A stretch of DNA of 64,000 nucleotides from Pocillopora damicornis (GCF_003704095.1 NW_020843537.1:62001-126000); one strand, 5' to 3'. Numbered from the stretch's first letter, positions 24,478-37,466 are shown. Notes: a model not told the origin generated them from the letters alone. A program made the numbers and translations.

Positions 24478-26082
24478 ATCAGAGGGCACGGTAACGAATC
24501 CTACAATCTGATTGGTTCTTTACCCGGTCAGTATTTTCCTATCTCTGCCCACGGGCCACGGTAACGCTTTGGTGAGTCGCCGAGTACATCCCTATTTCCC
24601 TACCATTCCTACTTTACATTTTTCATAAATAAATCTCGTTTTTCCGGCTGGGCAGTATTTTTAAGCAAAGACGTTGATCGCAACCTCAAGCCGATAAATA
24701 ACTCATTAATTCTCTCTTTTCGCTCTCTCAAATCACTTTGGTTGACAGAAAATATTGGTTTCAAAATGAATTTGTATTAGCAATAGTGTCATTACGTGAC
24801 AAGCGGCCTAAAAACCGTCAATAATTAATTTTAATCATTCACAAAAAGTACCTAGAAAGTTAAAACATGAGGTATTTGGTTAAAGTTGAACTAATCAATG
24901 AAAAAAGGCCGCATTGAATCTTCTCGTGTCTCGTTCGAGTGTATCATTCGAATTTAGTTTTTGTGGAGGAAAGACCAGATTTACACACGCCATTGTAGCA
25001 AACAAATTAAACGAGCAAACTCTCACAACTTCAAAAAAAAATTTGAATTTACTTACAATTACTTTCCTCGCCGTTTCCTTAAAAAACAGAGGTAAATCTT
25101 CGTACATGAATTAATCGTCGATGAGGGTGAATAGTACTTCCCGTTTGATTAGAAACTCAGTGTTTTTGAAGAAAACATCGTCGTGACAGTCCTTGCCAAA
25201 CTAGTTTCGCTGTTTTTCAAAAGTGTACATGCGCTTTTTTTTCTTACGCACTCTCTAATTGNNNNNNNNNNNNNNNNNNNNNNNNNNNNNNNNNNNNNNN
25301 NNNNNNNNNNNNNNNNNNNNNNNNNNNNNNNNNNNNNNNNNNNNNNNNNNNNNNNNNNNNNNNNNNNNNNNNNNNNNNNNNNNNNNNNNNNNNNNNNNNN
25401 NNNNNNNNNNNNNNNNNNNNNNNNNNNNNNNNNNNNNNNNNNNNNNNNNNNNNNNNNNNNNNNNNNNNNNNNNNNNNNNNNNNNNNNNNNNNNNNNNNNN
25501 NNNNNNNNNNNNNNNNNNNNNNNNNNNNNNNNNNNNNNNNNNNNNNNNNNNNNNNNNNNNNNNNNNNNNNNNNNNNNNNNNNNNNNNNNNNNNNNNNNNN
25601 NNNNNNNNNNNNNNNNNNNNNNNNNNNNNNNNNNNNNNNNNNNNNNNNNNNNNNNNNNNNNNNNNNNNNNNNNNNNNNNNNNNNNNNNNNNNNNNNNNNN
25701 NNNNNNNNNNNNNNNNNNNNNNNNNNNNNNNNNNNNNNNNNNNNNNNNNNNNNNNNNNNNNNNNNNNNNNNNNNNNNNNNNNNNNNNNNNNNNNNNNNNN
25801 NNNNNNNNNNNNNNNNNNNNNNNNNNNNNNNNNNNNNNNNNNNNNNNNNNNNNNNNNNNNNNNNNNNNNNNNNNNNNNNNNNNNNNNNNNNNNNNNNNNN
25901 NNNNNNNNNNNNNNNAAATCACAAGTATGATTTCAGACCAAAATTGCACGATATGAGGTTCAATTACCACTTTATTACATCCATTTTGAAATTGCCCAAA
26001 TACAGAACTTAGTCAGTTCAAATATTTTATTGATGCAGTGCTAAGCCGGTTTGAAATTAAATTTATCCATTTCTTGAGGGGG
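24478..26082. repeat. Interspersed repeats, probably non-autonomous transposon pieces, partly in a gap
   Basis: Non-coding; begins abruptly after a poly-T run; unrelated to cluster flanks; resembles common cnidarian repeats (recollection only, not searched). Confidence 0.35.
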
Positions 26083-26181
26083 NNNNNNNNNNNNNNNNNN
26101 NNNNNNNNNNNNNNNNNNNNNNNNNNNNNNNNNNNNNNNNNNNNNNNNNNNNNNNNNNNNNNNNNNNNNNNNNNNNNNNNN

Positions 26182-27219
26182 NGAGGTATGAATTGCAAAT
26201 TCCTGCATCAGCTTTAAAAGTGAAATATTTTGTAAGAAGATGAACTGATACAAATACAGGACGCCATTAACAGACACAATAGCAGTCGATTCATAAAGCA
26301 TGCTTAAAATTACGATATCAGCCATAAGTCTTTCCCGCCGAGGAGTGCGAAAACTTCCCCAAGGAGCTGATTTTCTTTGTAAAATTACATGGAGAATGTG
26401 ATCGATGAAAACCATAGTGCTTCTCTCTATGACTTCTGCAGCACCATGGACTATCCCAAGAATAGCAATAGACTTGGTGTTATCAAGGTCTGCTTGCAAC
26501 ACTCGAAACATAAACGCTGCTCCAAAATACAACGGCGTAAGCAAGACGAACGAACGTCCTGGATGAGTTACACGCCATAACCGCTGAACGCATATTCGAG
26601 AGATCACCTTAAGAACGACCCCGATGAGAGGCGAGAAGATTGCTATAAGTAGCTTTCCTTTCTCATCTTGCTTGCCGTACATTGGGTAAATATAAGATGC
26701 TACGAAGATGCCGATTATCATAGAGAAACAGACTGGCAATATCATTTTTAAAAATAAATACCGCCTTTTTGTTAGAGTACGGAATACATTTGTTAAGAGA
26801 TAAGTTTGCCAACATACACTGGAGAGGAAAAGTACGTTCAATGGAATCCTTTGTAACACAGAAAGTTTAGAACGAGATATTCCAAGAAGTTGAAGAGCCA
26901 CGCGATAAAGTGCATCCAAAGAAAACAGAAGAAAAGCTACAAGGAACAGTTTCCCCTTCAACCCCATTATCTGATATGGTCGAAAAAGTAAGAGCGTACC
27001 TTGAAAGAACAACAAGTGCAGGAAAACACAACCTGTGATGGCAGACAAAGTTCTAATCCATTGTAGTTTCTCAGGAATTGTCTCCGTGTCATTATACTGG
27101 CAGTTGTTGATAGTTTGATAGCTGACGTAGGTTATCATTATATATAGTGCGCCTATTAAAGCAGCGGTCAACAGTGAAATCAAAGCACCAGTACGTAATG
27201 CTTTCCAAAATGTCGAAAG
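26182..27219 (-). CDS. CKMPF family, central part (both ends in gaps)
   Basis: Uninterrupted frame LSTFWKALRTGAL...QEFAIHT with all family motifs of that region. Confidence 0.85.
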
Positions 27220-27319
27220 NNNNNNNNNNNNNNNNNNNNNNNNNNNNNNNNNNNNNNNNNNNNNNNNNNNNNNNNNNNNNNNNNNNNNNNNNNNNNNNNN
27301 NNNNNNNNNNNNNNNNNNN

Positions 27320-28172
27320 TTATCTCTTAACAAATGTATTCCGTACTCTAACAAAAAGGCGGTATTTATTTTTTAAAATGATATTGCCGAGCTGTTTCTC
27401 TCTCATAATCGGCAACTTCGTAGCATCTTACATTTACCCAATGTACGGCAAGCAAGATGGGAAAGGAAAGCTACTCATAGCAATCTTCTCGCCTCTCATC
27501 GGAGTCGTTCTTAAGGTGATCTCTCGACTATGTGTCCAGAGGTTGTGGTGCATAACTCATCCAGGATATTCGTTCGTCTTGCTATCGCCGTTGTATTTTG
27601 GAACAGCGGTTATGTTTCGAGTGTTGCAAGCAGACCTTGATAACATCAAGTCTATTGCTATTCTTGGGATAGTCCATGGTGCTGCAGAAGTCATAGAGAG
27701 AAGCACTATGGTTTTCATCGATCACATTTTCCATGTAATTTTACAAAGAAAATCAGCCCCTTGGGGAAGTTTTCGCACTCCTCGGCGGGAAAGACTTATG
27801 GCTGATATCGCAATTTTAAGCATGCTTTATGAATCGACTGCTATTGTGTCTGTTAACGGCGTCCTGTATTTGTATCAGTTCATCTACTTACAAAATATTT
27901 CACTTTTAAAGCTGATGCAGGAATTTGCAATTCATACCTCAGTTGCGCTGGTTATTGAATGGTTTATGACCAGCGTATCCTTAGCCATCGAAACTCATTA
28001 TCAGAATATAGCAGTTATGGCCGTTTGGAGAAAGAAATGGAAAAGACACGTTTTGGTTGCAATGGCAAATCTGGTTCCATTGGCTCTCTGGATGACACCG
28101 CACCTCCTAGATATTGTACATGGGCGCTTCGATGAGTCTAAAGATCGCCCGTGCAAAATGCCCTTCACTTAA
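27320..28172 (+). CDS. CKMPF family, 3' half (5' end in gap)
   Basis: Uninterrupted frame YLLTNVFR...DRPCKMPFT-TAA. Confidence 0.85.
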
Positions 28173-29064
28173 AGAACATGTGGCTGGCAACAATTAAGTC
28201 TTCTCAGGTCTCCCCGCTTCAAAATTGATTATCATGGGCTAGTGAAACATTGCGCGAACTGCATCTAATACCAGTAATGCGCTCACCTTGCAAGGTGAGC
28301 GCATATACGCATGCACATTATTCCAAAGCAAGTTTCAGGAGTTCGATGGCGTTTCTTGGAAACTCATAGAATAAGATTATTACGCATTCGTGTGATTGAA
28401 GGCACCGTTCCTTGCGGGCAGAGCTCTCATATTTCCGTATCTTTCACGATGTTTTTATGATGTAACTTTTCAAACTTACCAAATTATGTAATTAATCATT
28501 TAAGTTACATTAAAAAAGAAACTCAAACAAAACTATAACATTTGGATATCATCAAGAACTTTAAGTTGTAATAATCCTTAGTTTTAATGGTCACGAAATT
28601 AAATGAAAAAGAACTTGCACTATTTTGACTCTTTTAACTGAAATAGTTTAAATCTAATTGACTTAGATTTGTTCTGTTACTCTCCACCGTCATTTATCAT
28701 GCGATCGTTTATCTCAAACTACAGTGGTGCTAAGAAACACACCTTTTTTTTTAATTTCTGTCATATATCCCTCGCTCTGGATATGGTTAATTATTTAAGT
28801 CAGATANNNNNNNNNNNNNNNNNNNNNNNNNNNNNNNNNNNNNNNNNNNNNNNNNNNNNNNNNNNNNNNNNNNNNNNNNNNNNNNNNNNNNNNNNNNNNN
28901 NNNNNNACTTAATCACCAGTAGAATTGACGTTTGGGACTTTTCGAAGAGTTATTCCGATTGGTTAATAAATTGATACGAGTACAGAACGTTATTCACAGT
29001 CACTATAACAGCTGATTCATACTACATACTCATGATTGCGATACTCAAANNNNNNNNNNNNNNN

Positions 29065-30644
29065 ACGAGGAGTGCGAAAACTTCCCGAAGAAGCCGATCA
29101 TCTTTTCAAAATCACGTGCCAGAAATATATTTTAGCTTAATCGGGTGAACAAAACCTGATCATTTACCATAATAATATTTTATGTTGACGGAGATTGNNN
29201 NNNNNNNNNNNNNNNNNNNNNNNNNNNNNNNNNNNNNNNNNNNNNNNNNNNNNNNNNNNNNNNNNNNNNNNNNNNNNNNNNNNNNNNNNNNNNNNNNNNN
29301 NNNNNNNNNNNNNNNNNNNNNNNNNNNNNNNNNNNNNNNNNNNNNNNNNNNNNNNNNNNNNNNNNNNNNNNNNNNNNNNNNNNNNNNNNNNNNNNNNNNN
29401 NNNNNNNNNNNNNNNNNNNNNNNNNNNNNNNNNNNNNNNNNNNNNNNNNNNNNNNNNNNNNNNNNNNNNNNNNNNNNNNNNNNNNNNNNNNNNNNNNNNN
29501 NNNNNNNNNNNNNNNNNNNNNNNNNNNNNNNNNNNNNNNNNNNNNNNNNNNNNNNNNNNNNNNNNNNNNNNNNNNNNNNNNNNNNNNNNNNNNNNNNNNN
29601 NNNNNNNNNNNNNNNNNNNNNNNNNNNNNNNNNNNNNNNNNNNNNNNNNNNNNNNNNNNNNNNNNNNNNNNNNNNNNNNNNNNNNNNNNNNNNNNNNNNN
29701 NNNNNNNNNNNNNNNNNNNNNNNNNNNNNNNNNNNNNNNNNNTGACGGCCATGTTCTGATAATGGATGGCAAAAGATTGAAGGAATTTTACAAAGGGTTG
29801 ACTTGGCAGGTAAACAACTTGATATGGGCACAATACGGTGTAAACAGGCATGACACCAACTGATTAATACGACATGCTCACGATGGCGATTTTAGCTAAT
29901 TAGTCTCTCACGACGAGGAGTNNNNNNNNNNNNNNNNNNNNNNNNNNNNNNNNNNNNNNNNNNNNNNNNNNNNNNNNNNNNNNNNNNNNNNNNNNNNNNN
30001 NNNNNNNNNNNNNNNNNNNNNNNNNNNNNNNNNNNNNNNNNNNNNNNNNNNNNNNNNNNNNNNNNNNNNNNNNNNNNNNNNNNNNNNNNNNNNNNNNNNN
30101 NNNNNNNNNNNNNNNNNNNNNNNNNNNNNNNNNNNNNNNNNNNNNNNNNNNNNNNNNNNNNNNNNNNNNNNNNNNNNNNNNNNNNNNNNNNNNNNNNNNC
30201 ATCACCGCTGAGCCGAAATATACCGGTGCCATAAAGACGTATGAATGTCCCGGTATACTGGGTAAATGGAATAAACCGCGATGAAACCAAGAATATAGCA
30301 CAAATAGCTTGNNNNNNNNNNNNNNNNNNNNNNNNNNNNNNNNNNNNNNNNNNNNNNNNNNNNNNNNNNNNNNNNNNNNNNNNNNNNNNNNNNNNNNNNN
30401 NNNNNNNNNNNNNNNNNNNNNNNNNNNNNNNNNNNNNNNNNNNNNNNNNNNNNNNNNNNNNNNNNNNGTTTGAAAATTTATTTTACCTGTCATGCTTAAA
30501 ATAAGGGAGAACACTGTAAAAACGAAACAAAGGGACGGCCGCAAGTGCTGGTGACCCAAATGCATTTAAGGCTTGTAAACCAACACGACAAAGAGCATCC
30601 AAGCAATGCGCAAAGAAAGTGGCCAGAAAGAGCTTTCTGTCTAN
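29065..30644 (-). pseudogene. Heavily degraded CKMPF-family fragments among gaps
   Basis: Islands: HVILKR..SFRTPR (29065-29125), TPRRERLI...HYQNMAV (29742-29921), PGHSYVFMAPVYFGSAVM (30200-30260). Confidence 0.7.
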
Positions 30645-31380
30645 NNNNNNNNNNNNNNNNNNNNNNNNNNNNNNNNNNNNNNNNNNNNNNNNNNNNNNNN
30701 NNNNNNNNNNNNNNNNNNNNNNNNNNNNNNNNNNNNNNNNNNNAAAGAGATAATTGTCGTGTATGACGAAACTTCATTTGCACTGTACTTACATATGCAA
30801 ATTGTTTTCCATTGGTCCACGATGATTGAAACGGCTCGACAGTATTTGCTAAATGAGCACTTAATTCCTTTGTGTAGGTTGTTGGCGCAAAAACAGTATC
30901 GAAAATAACCTTTCGGTCAATAATTTGAAGAATATTAATGAAGGAACTTGTTTGATTCAACAAAAAATTGTCAGAGCTGAAAGCTTGATAAAGAAAATAG
31001 CAGACAGTTACGAGAATTGTTGCTGGAATCTTGCGGGAAGAGTGAAAAAGCTTCCGTTGCATTTCAGGGAAACAAGAAACTGAAGTTTCTAGATTTCATT
31101 GCTTCGGTGATGTTCAGTAAACATTTACGAAGTGAGTCAAAATAACGACGATCGGCCTACTTAAAATGAAGCTTCCCAATGTCCATTTATTATTTCTAGA
31201 TAAGCTGCCATAAGATTTTTTCAATGATGATCGCTCTCTTTGGTAATAAGTCGAATAAAATATTTTATTTTCTTCCTGATTTCAGGAGTATTGTGCATCG
31301 ATATCCAACACTGATTGAGAGAATATATCGATGAAAAAGAGTCACGGACATTTGATATCATTTCTAACCATTTTCAATCG

Positions 31381-31831
31381 TGGACAAATGGGTATCTATT
31401 TGAAGTGAAGTCCCGTGATGATGAAAGAATTCGAAGAGATATTTTACGAGACTGATTCTTAAGGAACGTATTTTGAAGTCATTGAAGAAGTGTTTGCCTT
31501 AAGAACAACCTTCTCAGCTCAAAATTGAAGTAGAACTGATTCCAAGGTACTTCATTTGTTCAATAAGGTGCAGTATTTTCACTTTCAGAGCTTCAATCGG
31601 TAATGGATATTAAAGAACATTGCGCTAAACCTCGGAGAAAAAAAATATTACGTCATGCCTGATATAGCAATGAGTACGGTGACTATTACTGATTTGAAGT
31701 ATGACTACCTCTTTATAAGGATTTGTAGTAGAATTTTCAGTGAACAAGTGGAGTAGTCAATACTTTCGCTAACATGCAGATGGCAGGAGTATTGTTTCTC
31801 CTTTGTTAGCATTTCCACGTTCAAAACATCA
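31381..31831 (+). repeat. Orphan duplicate of the upstream region of copy 799
   Basis: 31381-31600 aligns with 1-240 and 31690-31831 aligns with 510-713; no gene follows. Confidence 0.8.
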
Positions 31832-32269
31832 CTAATTAACACATCAATTCTGGTATGCATATAGATACCAGAATTTTCGCAAATTTATCATTCTAAACTT
31901 TTCAAGAAGGTGTCTTTGGAGTGTGCTGTATGTAGATATAGGTATGTAGATTTTGAAATATAAATCTGTTGTTCCCTTGTTTTCGTATAGTTAACCAAAT
32001 ACACTCAACACTGTCTCAACATTGTATGAACCAAAAGTACGTTTAGTCGATAAGTCTAAATTGTCTTATTTGTAAAAGACATTTTCACCAAACGGTTTTT
32101 TCCAAGGCAGATTTAGGGTACAATCTCCGTCAACACAATATCATTGGCCGTTTATTCAAAGCTTATACTGTTAACACAATGCAAATAACTTTGATGATGA
32201 TAAATTTTTTTGTAACATGTTCTGCATTTAAGTGTACACATTAAATGTGGTCCTATCACTTGACATGAA

Positions 32270-32552
32270 GGGCTTTTCGAATGAGTCGTAAAACCAAAAC
32301 CAAAATACATGTAATCACAACAGCCAATCACAAGAAATGAAAATACCTTTAAAAACCAATGAGAACTCAACATGAAACTGATCAAACTACCTAAAGCGCA
32401 GGAAAACGCACGTACTAAGTCGTGAGTGGTTTTAGTTTTGCATCTGATTGGTTAAAAGAGTTGCGCAAGTTCTCTGGACCAGTCAAAGAGCGAAGTGAAG
32501 GAAACACAAAGCATTCACGGATTACTTTCGACATTCAATTAAAAATTGCTTA
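32270..32552. mobile_element. MITE-like repeat (second copy 39400-39683)
   Basis: Two diverged ~280-bp copies sharing ttttagtttgcatctgattgg and the end tttcgacayt..att.aaaattg; imperfect terminal inverted repeats in the 39.4-kb copy. Confidence 0.65.
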
Positions 32553-33100
32553 AACATAAGCGACTGTATGTATTTCTGAATAGAATAGTCACGAAATGTG
32601 GGGTCAAGGGATAGTGTAAGACTAAGCACTTTGTTGGAAGGTTTCCTCCAATTGCATCGTAGATTGTTCGCGCTTCCTTCTCCCACGTTTAAAACTAACA
32701 CTCGCCCACCTCAGAGGATGTAGTTCGTGGCTTTTAAACTGTGCTTTAGTGGTTTTTATTTAGTGATGAAGTCAAGTGGTTACATATTGATATGATCAAA
32801 TGAAGTACGATGGGTGACAATGAAAACAAGAGGTTTTTTGGTGCTAAAATTATCATGCATGATTCCTCGTGCAAATCAAAGCCCACGGGTCGAGCGGGAA
32901 AACATGCGCAAAACAAAATCAGCCATATTTACATGNNNNNNNNNNNNNNNNNNNNNNNNNNNNNNNNNNNNNNNNNNNNNNNNNNNNNNNNNNNNNNNNN
33001 NNNNNNNNNNNNNNNNNNNNNNNNNNNNNNNNNNNGCTGTTTGTAATTTCTCAGTGATTGATTGGCAGGAATGGCCAGAGTGCTATGAACAGTATCACCC

Positions 33101-33458
33101 TTAAAAATTGATCCGATGAAAATCATCACCCGCTCTAGTGTTATAATACTTAAGCACTGCCTGATACAAAGCTTTTGTTAAATGCGATTTGCCAACACCA
33201 GCCCCTCCACTGAGGAAGCAGTAGAAAGGGGTTTCTGAGGTTTTAATCTGATGTAAAATGTGTTTGCTCTTTATCGGGTGTCTGGACCATTTGACGAAAA
33301 TCAAAATCAGGTAATTCATTCAATATCAGTGGTTCATTATTCAGCGATGTTGATGAAATGTTGAGATCATCAAAGAGGTCATAGTTTTCACTAAAATCAG
33401 GATGTAAATCTTCATGAGATCCAATCCTTGAACGGAATTGGTCAATGGAGATCCCCAT
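33101..33458 (-). mobile_element. Helitron PIF1-type helicase fragment (internally deleted, frameshifted)
   Basis: PFYCFLSGGAGVGKSHLTKALYQ (Walker A of PIF1/RecD-like SF1B helicases) preceded by an acidic linker and an LNKEQ-like motif (PDKEQ). Confidence 0.85.
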
Positions 33459-33950
33459 ATTTACTTGTGTGCTTGAGCGAGCAACAACAATCCAACTAAC
33501 TAGAAACTCAGTTTATTAAAATAGATAACACTCTTGACAGTTAAAGGCAAACAATAGTTTCTTTCAGTTTGTGACACTTTGAGACACTCGTGAGACATTT
33601 TGAGACACTAGTGAGACACTTTGAGACACCCTGAGACTCTTTGAAGCGCAACCCGCACAAATACATTCAAGCCGACAAATGTTGGCTTGCGAGAGTACAA
33701 TGACTCCTTTCAATCTGACACAACCCGCACCGAAGGTCCAAGCCGATAAATGTTGGCTTGTGAAAGCGTAAAAGCTCCTGTGCAACCTGCACTGAACACA
33801 AGCCGCGTTTCAGCGTGTTGACTTACGTGAAAAAATCTTTTGTTATAGACACCTGAAGAAATAACGAAACAAACGCCTCAGATTATGAAAGAAAGAACAC
33901 AAACCAGGTGTTCAAACGTAATCGCCTTTCGTGAGAGCTTAATCGTGAGG

Positions 33951-34280
33951 GAGTTACTACATCACGGGCGACGAGTGGGGGATGAAGAAAAGACCGAAAT
34001 ACGAGTGGTCAGCGGGTAAACAAATTTAATAATTCATATAAATACATATCAGTTATAGTTGCGGAAAACAAAAGTCTTCTAAAGCCGAAATGTCAACAAT
34101 ATACTTCGCTGAATAAAATGTTAAGCAATTTTTCAAAAGTGTTGATGGCACATATATCTTTTACTNNNNNNNNNNNNNNNNNNNNNNNNNNNNNNNNNNN
34201 NNNNNNNNNNNNNNNNNNNNNNNNNNNNNNNNNNNNNNNNNNNNNNNNNNNNNNNNNNNNNNNNNGTGATGTAGTAACTC
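33951..34280. mobile_element. Non-autonomous TIR DNA transposon end(s); a further right end at 35591-35643
   Basis: GAGTTACTACATCAC at 33951 and its reverse complement at 34266-34280; the ~50 bp at 33949-34001 is a near-perfect inverted match of 35591-35643. Confidence 0.7.
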
Positions 34281-34338
34281 GAAGTCGAAGTCTTCTAACG
34301 CTAACTTGTGGTGGATTTCACAGCCAAATCCTTCCAGC

Positions 34339-35490
34339 ATGAGTACAAGCACACTATTAGAGGTATTTGGTCACATGGTGGTCAGTTTTACGAAAGGCGT
34401 GATAGCGTTTTACAACCCAGATGAACCAGAGTTCACGTCAGAGTCCTTGGGCTACAATCCATTAGAAAGTACAGGTCGAGAGTGGGACTATCATCCCTTG
34501 GATGAGTTCATTTATCAAGAATACAGCGATAGAGGGCACACACCTGGCTCCTCTTATATACCGTCAAGAAATATTGCTGTAAGAGTTATAGACGCTTGCT
34601 CACCCGAAGAAAAGGAAGAAACACGAGGTGAACAGCGAGGAGATGACAGAGCAATGGCTTGGAAGAGTTTCAGACCTTCCACTTGTCACACAATTTGGAA
34701 ATCACTGTATACTGGAACTTTGATTTCATTACTAACTGCAGCAATCATCGGCTCTCTATTCTCGTCGTTCACTTATCTCTCTTACGAAACTGTACTCGAT
34801 TGTCCGTTCCACTCCATTGAGTCAATTCCGTCACAGATACAATGGATGAAATGTATATCCGGGATCTTATCTTCTGCCTTTGTATACATGTGGTTCCCTG
34901 TGAGTATGTTACTTCTATTTCGTCCTTACCAGTTAATCGGAGTGAAAATGAAACTGGCGCTTGCTGCTTTCTCAGTGTATTGCTTGGATACCCTTTATCG
35001 TGTTGGACTACAGGCCTTTGAAGTTTTACAGTCCAAGGCATTCACATCACCGAAACTTCCGCTCAACTTTCTGTTTCTTCTTAGTGTATGTTTGCAAGTT
35101 TATCTTGTAACGAGCCACTTCTCGGTCAGCCTTTCGAGGAGGCAACGAGTTTATTTATTCTTACAACTGATTCTTCCAAGCTGTTTCAGTTACATTGTTA
35201 CTTTCATTACAATTTACACAATTTACCCGGCATACAATAAACAAAAAAATGAAGGTAAATTACTGATTGCCATCCTCGCTCCTCTGGTTGGATTTGTACT
35301 CAAAGTAATTTGTAGGATTTCTGTTCAGCGGCTAAGGAACGTTACACATCCGGGATATTCATACGTATTACTGGCGCCGCTGTACTTCGGATCAGCGATT
35401 GTGTTTCGAGTTTTACAAGCAGATCTAGACAGTTTGCGATCTATGGCTATTCTTGGAATAGTTCATGGAATTGCGGAGGTCTTAGAACGA
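34339..35490 (+). CDS. CKMPF family, 5' ~70% (3' end lost in gap or insertion)
   Basis: Open frame MSTSTLLEVFGH...HGIAEVLER. Confidence 0.85.
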
Positions 35491-37458
35491 NNNNNNNNNN
35501 NNNNNNNNNNNNNNNNNNNNNNNNNNNNNNNNNNNNNNNNNNNNNNNNNNNNNNNNNNNNNNNNNNNNNNNNNNNNNNNNNNNNNNNNNNTATTTCGGTC
35601 ATTTCTTCCTGCCCCGCTCGTCGCCCGTGATGTAGTAACTCCCGACCTTTTCTAGGAAAACATTAGTCACGAAAGTGAAATGATAACATCATGCGTTGCA
35701 TTTTGAGTAAAGGTACAACTTTGGGTCACGTAAGCGAACATGTTGAACAAAGCAGGAATGTACAGCTCAATGAAAAAGAAATTTGCGGCGTAAAATCAAG
35801 GAAAGGCGTCCAGTTTTTAACTAAAGCGGAGGTGATAAGGTGGCTGAAGTGTAGAATGCAAACATTGAGGCGACCTAACCTTGAAAAGACCTAAAGACCA
35901 TGTCATAAGTTGGTAGGTTGCTGTGCAACAAACTGCCTCAACCCTGAAGTTAAAGTGGGGTTCTTCCTGCTTGTGACCAAAAGAATCCAATAAACTACTG
36001 CTGGGATAAAAACCTACAGGCGTTTCCAGAAGGCAAAGTGCCTGAACAAAGATGGAAAGAGTTTGAAAATACGCTGCGCAAACTACTTTGTGTAGGTCTA
36101 GGAAAAGCAAACGCTTTTTGTACAGTATTACAACATTAGCATCAAGAGGGGAAGTGTCAGGCTCATCTCTCGATTATTATGAGTAAGCAAACAGAAAAAA
36201 AAGGAGGAAATTTTCCTAATAGAGTACAGCACTCCTTATTCAAATTCTTGGGGGACACAATACCGTCGACTGCAAAAACCTTCCCTCGCTAAGCTTAAGC
36301 TGTTTTTAGAACTGTCAACGCTGTGTTTGAGAGTTTCCGGAAGAACTCACGTTTCTTTATACAGTAAGAGCAAAACCACGCGCGACAAAACAGCAATCCT
36401 CAATACGCCTGAAGCGGAAAGACTGCTACACTATATATTGAAATAAAAAATTATGAATTAGAAAAAAAGGTTAAACCAGTTTCATTCTCAGTCAATGTTA
36501 AAATTAAATTAATTCATGACCTTCTAAAATCTCTCGACATACAACTGACGTTTTTAAGGAATTTTCCCATATTCTCGTGTTTATCAAACATCATCAATTG
36601 TGATTGGTTGAAAAAAATACAAGAAAGTCATGACGATCCTACAGCCTTGAATACGATATAACAAATACAGAACCCGCAATTTTGTTTCCCAGCATTTAGT
36701 CACACAATGATAGTTCCTATCTGTTTGTCCGAGAATGTCACGCAATGGAAAAATTTTTCAGACCATATCGTTAATCTCCTATAGTATTCCGACGCTTTGA
36801 TATTATGAAACGATTCCATCAAATGATTCCATTGAATAATTCAATCTAATGATTTCACAAAACAATTTAATCAAATTATTTGCATCAAATAATTTCATCA
36901 AATGATTTCCATAAAATTATTTCCATAATATGGAAGTAGAGTGGAGTTGGCGTGTGTGAGGACATTTTGTAAAAATGGTCCCGAACCGTCAACTACTAGC
37001 GAAACCACGCGCGACAAAAAAGCAATCTGCAGTACGCAGGAAAAAAGGTGGCAAGGATTTTTTTTCACAAATTTGATGAAAAATAAACTCCAAAATAATG
37101 TACATTTAATACTGAATTAATTAATTAATTCAAATCTGAACACTTGTTGAAACTGCACTCGTTGTTTGAGTTTCTCGTGAGCATAAGGACGAAAAGACGC
37201 ACGTACCAGCAGCATGAAACAAACACTAACGGCCGCTATTGGGCTGATGGAAGCATTTCTTGATGATGCCAAATGGGTATATTGTATTGCACTTAACTGT
37301 CATGATTCTTACGGAAAGCCTCTCCTTTTCAGTCTTAAGTGCGTTTCAAGTTCACAGAACGTCAATATATTCCACGCCTTCAGATCTACCGCATCAGCCA
37401 AAACAATGCTGCTGATTATAAAGTGAAAGAAGTGTTCATTTGTTTTTGACGCTGAGAG

Positions 37459-37466
37459 TATAAATA
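37459..37466 (+). promoter_or_regulatory. Candidate TATA box of the complete copy
   Basis: TATAAATA 76 nt upstream of ATG 37535. Confidence 0.4.

Noticed and set aside
35691-36110. Short ORFs, one with an IRWLKCR motif reminiscent of transposon-associated proteins
   Set aside because: Too short and broken to assign
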